DNA of 46,909 nt from Calditrichota bacterium (GTDB lineage Bacteria; Zhuqueibacterota; Zhuqueibacteria; JANLFK01; Oleimicrobiaceae): assembly GCA_014359355.1 (NCBI GenBank), contig JACIZP010000257.1, positions 1 through 46,909 of the forward strand, in the 5' to 3' direction. Of this stretch, positions 8,349-17,169 are shown piece after piece. The notes below the pieces were generated by a model, which made no database searches, had not been told where the DNA came from, and was given only the letters and a program-made list of their open reading frames with translations. The translations under genes and the position numbers were made by a program. The first letter of the stretch is position 1; every line of letters starts with the position of its first letter.

Positions 8349-11300
8349 CTACCGCGCCACCACGACCTTGCCTATTACCGCCACCTGTTTTCCCTCCTGG
8401 GTCGCGGTGATTTTATAGAGGTACACGCCGTTGGCCAGTTCGTCGCCGTCCTCGTCTCGACCGTCCCAATGCACGCGGTTGAACCCGGTTGCGCTTGGGG
8501 CGTCATGAACCGTTTTGATCAGCCTACCGGCAAGAGTGTAGATGCGAATGCTCACCTCGTCTGCGGGCGCGGTCAGTACATAGCAGAAATCCGTGCCCGT
8601 GCGGAACGGGTTCGGGAAGTTTACCACGTCGCGCAGTTCGAGGCGCTCGGCCACCTGAAAGTCGATCCGAAGGTGAGAGGTGTTGCCGTTCGGGTCAGTG
8701 AACAGGACCTCTATCTCGTGCCGACCATTGGCCAGGGTCGGCTGAAAAACTATGGAGCCTTTGAGGCGCTGGTCGGCAGCCGCGTCGGGCGGCAGGAGCT
8801 GTAGGCGCGGCTCGCCACCGGCGAACGACAGGCGCGTCCCATCCAGCAGCAGGTGCAGGCCGGCGGTGTCGGTGAGGGCCCCTCCGCTGTTGTCGTACAG
8901 GCGCACCACAATCTGCGGGCGACCACTGACGAACTCACCGGCCGCGACGGCGTGGCCGTCCGCAAGCAGCTCGAGGGCCGGCGCGAGCGAGTCCCGCTGG
9001 ACCTCCACGACGCAAGCCTGATCGTTGTTGAATTCCGCCGGCTCGCCGATCTGGTCGCCTGGATCGACCCTGGCGCGGAGCTCGTAACGGCCTGCCAACC
9101 GCGCAGTCGGCCATGCGCGCCGAACCACTGCGGCGCTATCCGGCGCAAGGGGACGGCGCAGGGTGTCGGTGCCGAACAGGTCCTCCTTGCTCTGGCTCAC
9201 CTGACTCCACCAGACCACCACCTTTTCGGCAGGGGCATAGCCGAGGTTGTGGACCTCCAACTCGAGCTGCACAGGGTCGCCAGCCACCACGTTGCCTGTG
9301 GGTGTGACCCGGAGGGGGAGCGCTGCCAGCTCCGGCGCAGGCGTAAAGGAGGTGGCCCACCACTGCAGCGTCGGCGACCAGCGGCCGTCGCTGGTGAGCA
9401 GCTCCGCACGCAGCCTCACCAGCCTGAAACGCTGCGCATCCAACCCGCTGAGGTCCAGTGTTCCCTGCGGGCCACTGCCTTCCTGCACCCTGAGCCAGGC
9501 ACCTGAGCTCCACTCGTAGCCCTCCACGGCTACTGCCACCCTCGTGCAGGGGGCGGGCTCCTCTGCCTGCCATTGCACTTTCTGCCAGCGCGTGGCCGGC
9601 CCGATCAGCGGCGACTGCAAGATGCCTTGGGCAATGTAGAAGAAGATGCTGTCCTGCAGCACCGCCACGCCCTGGCCACTCTTCACCAGCTTCTCGGGCA
9701 CGCTCCCGGGGGTTGCGCCCTTCCTGCCGATGATGGCCCAGGAGTCGCGGGCTCCCACCTGTCGACAGAGCGCACTCCCTATCGATTCCAGCGCTTGGTA
9801 GGCCGCCTCGGTCATGCTGTGGCTGCCCTCGTCGGCAATAGCCGCCAGGACAAGCATGCCTTCAGGTATCTGCGCCACAAAATCAGCCAGCCGTTGCGCC
9901 TCGGCAGTCGACTCGTAGGTGTCGAAGGCCATGGCCTGGACCACCTGTCCGTTGCCTGGGTGCACGACGGCCAAGTTGTGGCCGCGCCCTTGTGCCAGGG
10001 CCGGGCTGCCGGCCACCAGAAGCCTGGCGTACTGCCCGTCGTTGTACCCTGCCGACTCGGCGCGCAGAACCACTTTTTCCCGCGCCAGCTGCACCCCTGT
10101 GGCTGTTTGTTCTGTGCCCGCGAAGAGACCCGCATCTGTCTCCGCGGGGAAAAGCTGCTGCCAGCGCGTCTCTTCGGCCCCTTCAGCAAGAGTGAAGGAT
10201 GCTGCGCGCCACGGCCCAGGCCCGTTTGCATAGACCGCTCTTGCCCGCCAAAAGTAGCGCCGTCCCGCAGAAAGCGGCGCAGGAGTCCATCGCGTGGAGA
10301 GCAAGCCAGGCAAGATCTCCGGGGAGCGCTGCAAGGCTCCTGACGAGAAATCCGCAGTCGTATCCACCTCGAATTGCACGTATTGAGGCGAGCCTGAGGC
10401 GGACACCGGGGTGAGTACCTCCAGCGTCGGGGTGACGTCCAGCAGCGCATGGGGGAAAGGCTTGAGCAGCACCACCTCCACGGCGCCCACCGGCACGCGG
10501 ATGGTGGCGCGGTTGTTCGTCTCCACCGCCTCGCGGATGCTGTCGTCAGGATCGACCACCGCTTCCAGATCAAAGCTGCCGCTGCGCCCTCCCAGGCGCC
10601 AGGCAAACGCGGCAGTGTCCTGCCACCCCAAGGCAGACAAAAGCTTGGGCGTGTCAATGGGAAACGCGCCAGTTCCTGGCGACCGTCCCCAGAGCCCCAC
10701 CTGTACTGGGCCGGGCGTAGCCAGCCCAAAATTGTGCACGCGGACGACCACCTGGACCAAGGAGTCCTCTTCACTGGGCGTGGCAGGAGTCAGGGAGAGG
10801 TCAGCGGGCTGAACCACCAGGTCCGGCAACGAGGGCAAGGCCAAATCCGTAGCCGGGTCACCAAGCAGCGAGTACTGCAGAATCACATTCCTGGTGAACT
10901 GACTGTTCCCGAGGCTCTCCCACAGGCGCAGCTTTGCCAGGGTCGTGGCGGCGCCCAAGAGGTGTACAGTGTCGACGAGCGCAGCGCGAAACAGATTGGT
11001 AATCAGCACCTGGTCGTGGAAGAGGTAGCCCCATCCGGTGGTACCCCAGAAGCCGACCGCGCCGCTCTGGGGCAGTGTCAGGAACTCTTCCCCAAAGCAA
11101 TTGGTGTAGGGATTGGCAAAGCGGGCCGTGTGGCAGGTCATGCTGGTCACAAACGGATAGCGCCCCTGGTTACGCAGCTCCCGCAGGTCAGTGGAGTTGA
11201 ACATCAGGTCCCAGGTGCCGGTGCCCGCGTGCCCTACAAAGTTCGTCCACAGCACCCCCGCATTGAGAGCCGCCAGAATGTCATCGCGATGCTCCCCTTG

Positions 11301-14174
11301 GAAATACCCTTGCGAGGTCTTGCTTATCACCACGGGTTGGCAGGAGGCCGGCGGCTTGGCGATGATCGAATCCACGAGCAGCCGCGACTGTTGGGCGAAT
11401 TGCTGCTGCTCCCAGGTGTCGAATCCACCGTTGATGAGCAGCACCTGCTTCTTCCATGCCGCGGGGGTGCTGTCCGACTCGTAGGCGATGATTTTGCGCA
11501 CCATGCGCTCGGCCTGCTCCCCGTTCTCCGCAGGAATCCGTCCCACAAGAAGGTCCGGTAGAAGATCGTCAGGGCCGTCCGTGCAGGCGAACCAGGCATC
11601 GCTCACCGGATTGCCAAAAGTGGGCACATAGTCCTTTTTCACCGTTTGCGCAAGCAAACCCTTCGGGTCCCAGCACGCATCGCCGAGCAAAAGCAGGAAA
11701 CGTGGGCTCCGCTGCCAGTGGGCAGTTGCGTGCTCCATAAGCAGCCGGATAGCGGCGGGGTCGGCCAGGCCATAGGTGAATTCGTCGTACACATCTTCAA
11801 TGAACGCAGAGGTGACGGCGAAGCCATTGTGAACTCGGCGGAACGCGGCCAGCTCCTCTGCGGCAGCCGCAAAGCGCGGGTGGGTGATGAGCAGATAGTC
11901 CGCAGCATTCTGCGCCGAGCGCAAGTGCGAGGGCTGGTCCAGCACCATGCGAGCTGGGCTCCTCAACGTGCCCAGCTCGGCTGCCATGAGGTGCAGGGCA
12001 ACACCCGACGAGTCTCGGAATGCCGCAGTCACTCCTCTGCCACCTGAGGAAAAGGAGATTACCTCGGCCAGGCGTGCTGGCCCCGTGCGTGCAGGTGCCA
12101 AGACCTCGGGCACAGACCCTGGGGTTGCCCCTTTGCGTCCGATCAGGGCCCAAGAGTCCCGCACGCCTACCTGCCGCGTGAGGGCGCTGCCCAAGCTCTC
12201 CAAGGCACTGTGCGCCCGCGGCGTCATGCCCACGCTCCCCTCATCGCGGATGGCGACCAGCACGACGGTGCCTGCCGGCAGACGCTCCACGTAGGCCGCC
12301 ATGCTGTCGGCATTGGCCTGCGAAGCGTAGGTGTCGAAATTCCTCTTGTCCAGCACTTGCCCGCTCTGGCCGTCCAAGACCAGCAGGTTGTGACCCCGGC
12401 CACCACTCCACAGAAGCTGGTCGTCCTGCCAAAACTCGGCGCGGTTGCCATCGTGGTAGCCGGCAGAGAGCAGAACAAAACGTGCCCACCAGCTCGTTGA
12501 ACAGCGGACCTCGGTGACCAGGCGCCCCTTGTCCACGTCGACAACGAGGATGCTGTCGGAAGAAAAGCCCTGAATTGCAATGTCTCGTGCCCCTCCACTG
12601 GCTGGCAGGAGGCCAGCGAAGCGGCCTGCTATGGCCTTGGGGCGACGCGGGTATACGAGTTCGATCCAGTCAAGATAGAATTGGTCGATGCCGGCACCCG
12701 TATTGCCGACTGAGGCAATGGCGAGATCGTTCAGGGCGCGCGCCGCATCGGCGGGGAACGTTGCGTCGACAAAGATGAGCTGCCGATTGTCAAACCAGAC
12801 GTCGGCGGCCAGGCGGCCATTGAACCAGAGGCGCGCATGGTGGTCCGGGTTCGCCTGGTCCAGCGTGGTACCGCGCAGAAGCACCCTCAGCCGCAGGCTA
12901 TCCCCTTCGAAAGCCAAATCGGGCAGTGGCACCGGCACGCTCAGGGAATCCCCGGGGTTGAAAAAGTGCCAAACCCACCCTTCGCCAGGTGTGGCGAAGG
13001 TGTTATGCACCTCGGCGTCGCTGTCGCCGTGATAGTAGTGCCTCTCTTCTTCAAGGTGCAGGGTATCGGCGAACCAATGGAGGAATTCCTGCCCGGCAGG
13101 CGCTGCTGCAGTTGCGACCAGGCGCTTTCCTTCCGACCCTCCCCAGGTCAGCCAGTAGACGTTCGTGTCCGACTGGGCCGCATAGTAGGTGGTGTCGCCC
13201 CGTCGGCGCTCAGCAGAAAAGACCAGCCAGTCGTCTGCATCGAACACGCCATCGCCGCCTTCGGCCACGTGCAGAGCTACCTCCTCGCCCCTGTAGTACA
13301 GGCGCAGCGTACTGCTAGGAACCACGCTGGAAATGCCCAACGACTGCAGCTCGCGGCCGCGGACCGCGTAGAGGCCTTGTTCCAGCAGCAACAACTTGCA
13401 GTAGGGCCGCGCCGGGTCGTACCAGCCATACTCGTCCTGAGGAGTGCTACGCCCCAGCGGCATTGGGGCCTTGCTACCCCGCAGGAGGTCGCCCGCCACG
13501 CGTTTGAGCTCGTCCCCCACAGGCGGCAGTTGAAGGGGGGTCTGCGCCGTACCCTGCCATTGCACGCGGAGGCGCGCCCGCTCGACAAGCCGTATGCTCC
13601 CCGTGGTCGCAGCATAGCGGAGCGGATGGACTGCCACCCGGACGAGCCGGTGACCAGCCACTACGGCCGCACCGTCAAGCATTGCGATTGGCCTTGCGGC
13701 GACCGGGTCGCCTGGCCCGTGTTGTGCAGGGGCAGCAAACCGATAGCTCACTCGGCTCATACCCTCAGGGCCCTGCTCCTGGGCAAGCAGGACACGCGGC
13801 AGGCGATAGGTCCCGGCAACTGGTGTGCAGATGCTGTCCTCTACAAGCACCGTGACCCTGGCCCCGGGCGGCACCTCAATGGCCAGGCCTGCGACTGGCA
13901 AGGCCAAAGCCCCATCGACAAGGTCTATGGGCAGGTCGCCGAGCAGAGGGAGGTGAACTTCCTCTCCCCCATCCACCAAGCGCTCAAAACGCAGGGCAGG
14001 GGCAGCCCACTCCAGCACACAGTAGTTCGCTCCCCGCTCGACCATGTGCAGGGCAGGCTGCCCGGCAAAGGCCAAGGCGGCTACCGAGCAGAGGAGGCTC
14101 ACTACCGTTGCTCTATGTGCTCGCAGGACAGTCACGTTCTCCGGCCAGAAGGTCATCGCCTGCCTGAGGTCCAC
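8349..14174 (-). CDS. giant secreted C25 (gingipain-like) cysteine peptidase-family protein with two ILEI/FAM3-like modules, CARDB-like modules and a T9SS C-terminal sorting domain
   Basis: 1941 aa with a signal-like N-terminus. His/Cys contexts NFVGHAGTG and FVTSMTCHTARF. Two paralogous modules end in RDSWA(L/I)IGRKGATPGSVPE. CARDB-like segments VRVHNFGLA...ETNNRA and EVHNLGYA...EFNNDQ. The C-terminus NFPNPF...GVYLYKITA...VVVAR is T9SS type-A-like. Confidence 0.85.
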   Translation of the reverse strand: MDLRQAMTFWPENVTVLRAHRATVVSLLCSVAALAFAGQPALHMVERGANYCVLEWAAPALRFERLVDGGEEVHLPLLGDLPIDLVDGALALPVAGLAIEVPPGARVTVLVEDSICTPVAGTYRLPRVLLAQEQGPEGMSRVSYRFAAPAQHGPGDPVAARPIAMLDGAAVVAGHRLVRVAVHPLRYAATTGSIRLVERARLRVQWQGTAQTPLQLPPVGDELKRVAGDLLRGSKAPMPLGRSTPQDEYGWYDPARPYCKLLLLEQGLYAVRGRELQSLGISSVVPSSTLRLYYRGEEVALHVAEGGDGVFDADDWLVFSAERRRGDTTYYAAQSDTNVYWLTWGGSEGKRLVATAAAPAGQEFLHWFADTLHLEEERHYYHGDSDAEVHNTFATPGEGWVWHFFNPGDSLSVPVPLPDLAFEGDSLRLRVLLRGTTLDQANPDHHARLWFNGRLAADVWFDNRQLIFVDATFPADAARALNDLAIASVGNTGAGIDQFYLDWIELVYPRRPKAIAGRFAGLLPASGGARDIAIQGFSSDSILVVDVDKGRLVTEVRCSTSWWARFVLLSAGYHDGNRAEFWQDDQLLWSGGRGHNLLVLDGQSGQVLDKRNFDTYASQANADSMAAYVERLPAGTVVLVAIRDEGSVGMTPRAHSALESLGSALTRQVGVRDSWALIGRKGATPGSVPEVLAPARTGPARLAEVISFSSGGRGVTAAFRDSSGVALHLMAAELGTLRSPARMVLDQPSHLRSAQNAADYLLITHPRFAAAAEELAAFRRVHNGFAVTSAFIEDVYDEFTYGLADPAAIRLLMEHATAHWQRSPRFLLLLGDACWDPKGLLAQTVKKDYVPTFGNPVSDAWFACTDGPDDLLPDLLVGRIPAENGEQAERMVRKIIAYESDSTPAAWKKQVLLINGGFDTWEQQQFAQQSRLLVDSIIAKPPASCQPVVISKTSQGYFQGEHRDDILAALNAGVLWTNFVGHAGTGTWDLMFNSTDLRELRNQGRYPFVTSMTCHTARFANPYTNCFGEEFLTLPQSGAVGFWGTTGWGYLFHDQVLITNLFRAALVDTVHLLGAATTLAKLRLWESLGNSQFTRNVILQYSLLGDPATDLALPSLPDLVVQPADLSLTPATPSEEDSLVQVVVRVHNFGLATPGPVQVGLWGRSPGTGAFPIDTPKLLSALGWQDTAAFAWRLGGRSGSFDLEAVVDPDDSIREAVETNNRATIRVPVGAVEVVLLKPFPHALLDVTPTLEVLTPVSASGSPQYVQFEVDTTADFSSGALQRSPEILPGLLSTRWTPAPLSAGRRYFWRARAVYANGPGPWRAASFTLAEGAEETRWQQLFPAETDAGLFAGTEQTATGVQLAREKVVLRAESAGYNDGQYARLLVAGSPALAQGRGHNLAVVHPGNGQVVQAMAFDTYESTAEAQRLADFVAQIPEGMLVLAAIADEGSHSMTEAAYQALESIGSALCRQVGARDSWAIIGRKGATPGSVPEKLVKSGQGVAVLQDSIFFYIAQGILQSPLIGPATRWQKVQWQAEEPAPCTRVAVAVEGYEWSSGAWLRVQEGSGPQGTLDLSGLDAQRFRLVRLRAELLTSDGRWSPTLQWWATSFTPAPELAALPLRVTPTGNVVAGDPVQLELEVHNLGYAPAEKVVVWWSQVSQSKEDLFGTDTLRRPLAPDSAAVVRRAWPTARLAGRYELRARVDPGDQIGEPAEFNNDQACVVEVQRDSLAPALELLADGHAVAAGEFVSGRPQIVVRLYDNSGGALTDTAGLHLLLDGTRLSFAGGEPRLQLLPPDAAADQRLKGSIVFQPTLANGRHEIEVLFTDPNGNTSHLRIDFQVAERLELRDVVNFPNPFRTGTDFCYVLTAPADEVSIRIYTLAGRLIKTVHDAPSATGFNRVHWDGRDEDGDELANGVYLYKITATQEGKQVAVIGKVVVAR

Positions 14175-14490
14175 GGGCCACTCGAGACGGTGTCCTCAGT
14201 TGCTGCTTCCCTTGTTGCGTCAAAAGATAGCACTATTTTCCGAATCTGCAAAAGTCTTTTTGCAACGTGCCCCTTCCACTACTCTTGGCACACACCCTGC
14301 AGGCCCGCAGGGGCCCACCTTGCCAGCGAGAGGCCAGCTCACCCCCGAGAGGTTCCTCCGCACAGTCCTCTTGCCCGTAAGGCATTCCCCCGCGCGCTTG
14401 TCAGAACCTCCCGGAGGCTCCCCCACAGGCGCCCGAGGCGAAACCATGAGAACGCAGCGGGCTCTTGAGACCCGCCCCGGGCTCGCCACA

Positions 14491-14534
14491 TTCCCAAAAG
14501 CAAAGAGGCCGCCGGCGAAATCGCCTGCGGCCTC
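14491..14534 (-). terminator. rho-independent terminator candidate after the LTD/T9SS gene
   Basis: GAGGCCGC...GCGGCCTC stem (14505..14534) with an inner GGCG-AAAT-CGCC helix. On the minus strand it is followed by TTTGCTTTTGGG. Confidence 0.5.
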
Positions 14535-14581
14535 TCGCGAAACAGGGGACCGTAAAGCCAAGGGCTGGAGGGCGCCCTTCG

Positions 14582-15739
14582 CTACTTAAGCAGCACCATG
14601 CGCCGCGTCGCCGTAAACTCCCCGGCCTGCAGCCTGTACAGATACACGCCAGAGGGCAGATCACTCCCGTCCACGACTATGCGGTGGCTGCCGGCGGCCA
14701 GGGGTGCGTTGACCACCTCTTTGACCTTCTGCCCGAGAGCGTTGAAGATGACCATGCTGACGTGCGTGTTGCTGGGCAGATACACGTCCACATACGTGGT
14801 CGGGTTGAAGGGGTTGGGGTAGTTCTGGCTCAAATGATAGGTGCCCAGGACCGCCGGCTGTTCTGCGACGCGCACCGGCGAGCCGTTGCTACCGCCCCGC
14901 GTGATGACCGACACGAGCTCCCAGGGCCCGCCATCTGGGACGCGACTGTAGGACTGGGTGACGTCCATCGCCGGAAAGGCGACCGAGTCTATCACCACAC
15001 CGTCAGCGTCCTCAAGCCATGCCCACTCACCGCTGCTTGACAGGCCAAAGTCGGCCGGGTCACCGGTGTTATCGGTGACAATGACGAAGAAGCCATGCGG
15101 CGGAAGCACTGTCCCCGCCGGAAGGAGTTTCTTCGGCTTGGTGCCCGCCTTGCCGCCGTTGTCGTAAATCTTGTAGCCGGAAATGTCCACGGTGTCGAGG
15201 GTGGCGTTGTAGACCTCGATCCAGTCTGGATCAGAGGTCGTTCCGCGGGAGTAGATCTCGTTCATCCGGAGGACACCGTTGAGCGAGCCGCGCGTGACGC
15301 GCTTCAGTATCTGCCACGGACCGCCGTCCGGGTACCGGCCGTACGATTCGGTGGTAGCCAGCGCGGGAAACGCCACCGTGTCGATCACCGCACCGGTGGC
15401 ATCCTCCAACCATACGGTCTCGCCACTGCTGGAAAGGCCAAAGGCGCTGGCCGTGCCGTCCTCGGTAACCACCACGTAGACCCCCAGGGGCGGGATCACG
15501 GTCCCGGCGGGAAACTCCTTCTTCGGCTTGGTGCCCGCCTTACCGCCGCTGTCGTAGATCTTGAAGCCGGTGATGTCCACCGTCTGTGAGCTGGCATTGT
15601 AGAGCTCAATCCAATCGGGATTCTCGTTGGTGCCACGGGAGTAGACCTCGTTGAGGAGAATCGCCGACTGCGCGTAGAGAGCTCCTGCCAACAGCCATGC
15701 GGCAACCATGAATGCCGCACCGTAACTAAGCTTCTTCAT
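14582..15739 (-). CDS. secreted protein with two lamin-tail domains (LTD) and a T9SS C-terminal sorting domain
   Basis: Start MKKLSYGAAFMVAAWLLAGALYAQS follows AAGGAGG. Two repeats of NE(V/I)YSRGT..DPDWIE.YN...DI(T/S)G(F/Y)KIYD.GGKAGTKPKK...FGLSSSGE..WLED. The C-terminus NYPNPFNP...GVYLYRLQAGEF...VLLK. Confidence 0.8.
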   Translation of the reverse strand: MKKLSYGAAFMVAAWLLAGALYAQSAILLNEVYSRGTNENPDWIELYNASSQTVDITGFKIYDSGGKAGTKPKKEFPAGTVIPPLGVYVVVTEDGTASAFGLSSSGETVWLEDATGAVIDTVAFPALATTESYGRYPDGGPWQILKRVTRGSLNGVLRMNEIYSRGTTSDPDWIEVYNATLDTVDISGYKIYDNGGKAGTKPKKLLPAGTVLPPHGFFVIVTDNTGDPADFGLSSSGEWAWLEDADGVVIDSVAFPAMDVTQSYSRVPDGGPWELVSVITRGGSNGSPVRVAEQPAVLGTYHLSQNYPNPFNPTTYVDVYLPSNTHVSMVIFNALGQKVKEVVNAPLAAGSHRIVVDGSDLPSGVYLYRLQAGEFTATRRMVLLK

Positions 15740-15810
15740 GTCCACCTCCTTTGCAATGCACTCCTTCCGTGCGCCAGCTCGGCGATGCACCGCACGCGGA
15801 GCCGGCCATC

Positions 15811-16590
15811 CTACGGCTTGTCAAAGGCGTAGAGCTTTGACTCGCCGTCCTGCACCACGTAGAGGGTGCGCCCAACTACAGCGATCCCCTCCCCTTTAGA
15901 AAAAGGTATGAACCACTCCCCTAACAGGACGCCCTCCCTGCTGAACTTGCCGATCTTGAGCGACTCGTCGCTGATGATCCACAGGCAGTCTTCCGCCTCG
16001 TCATAGCAGATGTCCGACAGGTCGGTGAATGCCGTGATCTCCACTCGTGCCACTTCGGCCCGCCCGCGGTACCGGAGGAGCATGCGGGGGTCCTTCTCGT
16101 TCACCACGTACAGGTTGCCGTACTTGTCCAGCGTGACCCCTTCGAGCGCATGATTCTCCGCAGTGGCCACGCGCACTGAGAAGGAAAACAGTTCTGTTCC
16201 GTCCCAACGCACGGCGGTGACAAGCTGTGGGCGTTCCTGAACAACGTAGAGCGTATCGCCACTACCGGTAACTGCCACGCCTTCGAGGTCCACGCAGGCG
16301 ATCGGTATGCTTCTAATAACCCTGCCCGTGAGGTCTATCTCAAATACCTCCCCGCGGTCATCGGATACCACGAGCAGCGAATTGCTCACCTTGCGGTAAC
16401 AGATACCAGAGGCCTCCGCAATCGCCGGACTGATGACGTAGGTCGCCACTGGCTGCAGCGTCGGCACCTCAGCTTGCGGCGGGAGTCCAGTGGGTGCTTT
16501 GCGGGTGCACCCACTGAACACCACGCCTGCAACCAGCACTGGCACCAAAAGCCACTTTCGCCACTCACCGGCTGACCGGAGAAAGCTCAA
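15811..16590 (-). CDS. SdiA-regulated/YjiK-like beta-propeller lipoprotein
   Basis: Lipobox VFSGC. EASGICY...LLVVSDDRGEVFEIDLTGRVIRSI...DLEGVAV resembles the SdiA-regulated (YjiK) family. Confidence 0.7.
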   Translation of the reverse strand: MSFLRSAGEWRKWLLVPVLVAGVVFSGCTRKAPTGLPPQAEVPTLQPVATYVISPAIAEASGICYRKVSNSLLVVSDDRGEVFEIDLTGRVIRSIPIACVDLEGVAVTGSGDTLYVVQERPQLVTAVRWDGTELFSFSVRVATAENHALEGVTLDKYGNLYVVNEKDPRMLLRYRGRAEVARVEITAFTDLSDICYDEAEDCLWIISDESLKIGKFSREGVLLGEWFIPFSKGEGIAVVGRTLYVVQDGESKLYAFDKP

Positions 16591-16635
16591 CGCCTCCTCT
16601 GCTCCGACAGTGCTCCTTCCTTCGGTGGGGGGCCC

Positions 16636-17151
16636 TCATGGCTGGTTTGGACCGCCGCGAGTAATCGTGGCAAGCTGCCAGGTGGTCCCGCCATCCGGGA
16701 TCCGCGAGTACGACTGTGTCACGTCCATGGCAGGGAAGGCGACGTAGTCGACGACCGTACCGGTGCTGTCCTCCAGCCACACTTCTTCACCAGCACTGGA
16801 CAAGCCAAAGTCCGAGGGATCGCCGGTGTTGTCGGTCACCACCACGTAGTAGCCATGGGCCGGAACCGTCACGCCTTGCGGAATCGTCTTCTTCGGCTTG
16901 GTGCCACCCTTTCCTCCGCTGTCGTAGATGCGGTACCCACTGATATTCACCGCCGAGTTGAAGGGATTGAAAAGCTCCACCCAGTCTGGGGCATCTGCGG
17001 TGCCTCGGGAGTAGATCTCGTTCATCACCACGTAGGTGGCCTCTGGCGGCGGAGGCTCGGGACCTTGGATGGGCGGAGCCTCGCGCGAGCAGGCGAAAAT
17101 GAGCAGGCCGGCCACCATTCCCAGACTCATCGCTTCCGTCTTTTTCAACAT
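16636..17151 (-). CDS. lamin-tail-domain lipoprotein
   Basis: Lipobox LIFAC. A single LTD, NEIYSRGTADAPDWVELFN...ISGYRIYDSGGKGGTKPKK...FGLSSAGEEVWLED, paralogous to the LTDs in 14582..15739. Confidence 0.75.
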   Translation of the reverse strand: MLKKTEAMSLGMVAGLLIFACSREAPPIQGPEPPPPEATYVVMNEIYSRGTADAPDWVELFNPFNSAVNISGYRIYDSGGKGGTKPKKTIPQGVTVPAHGYYVVVTDNTGDPSDFGLSSAGEEVWLEDSTGTVVDYVAFPAMDVTQSYSRIPDGGTTWQLATITRGGPNQP

Positions 17152-17169
17152 CGTGCAACCTCCTTTTGC

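Noticed and set aside
14221-14262. Bacteroidetes-style promoter (TTTG-19-TAnnTTTG) on the minus strand upstream of the C25 gene.
   Set aside because: The -7 element reads TATCTTTT (7 of 8), and the other promoters I could see in this window look sigma-70-like (TTGACA/TATCAT). Too weak to list as a feature.
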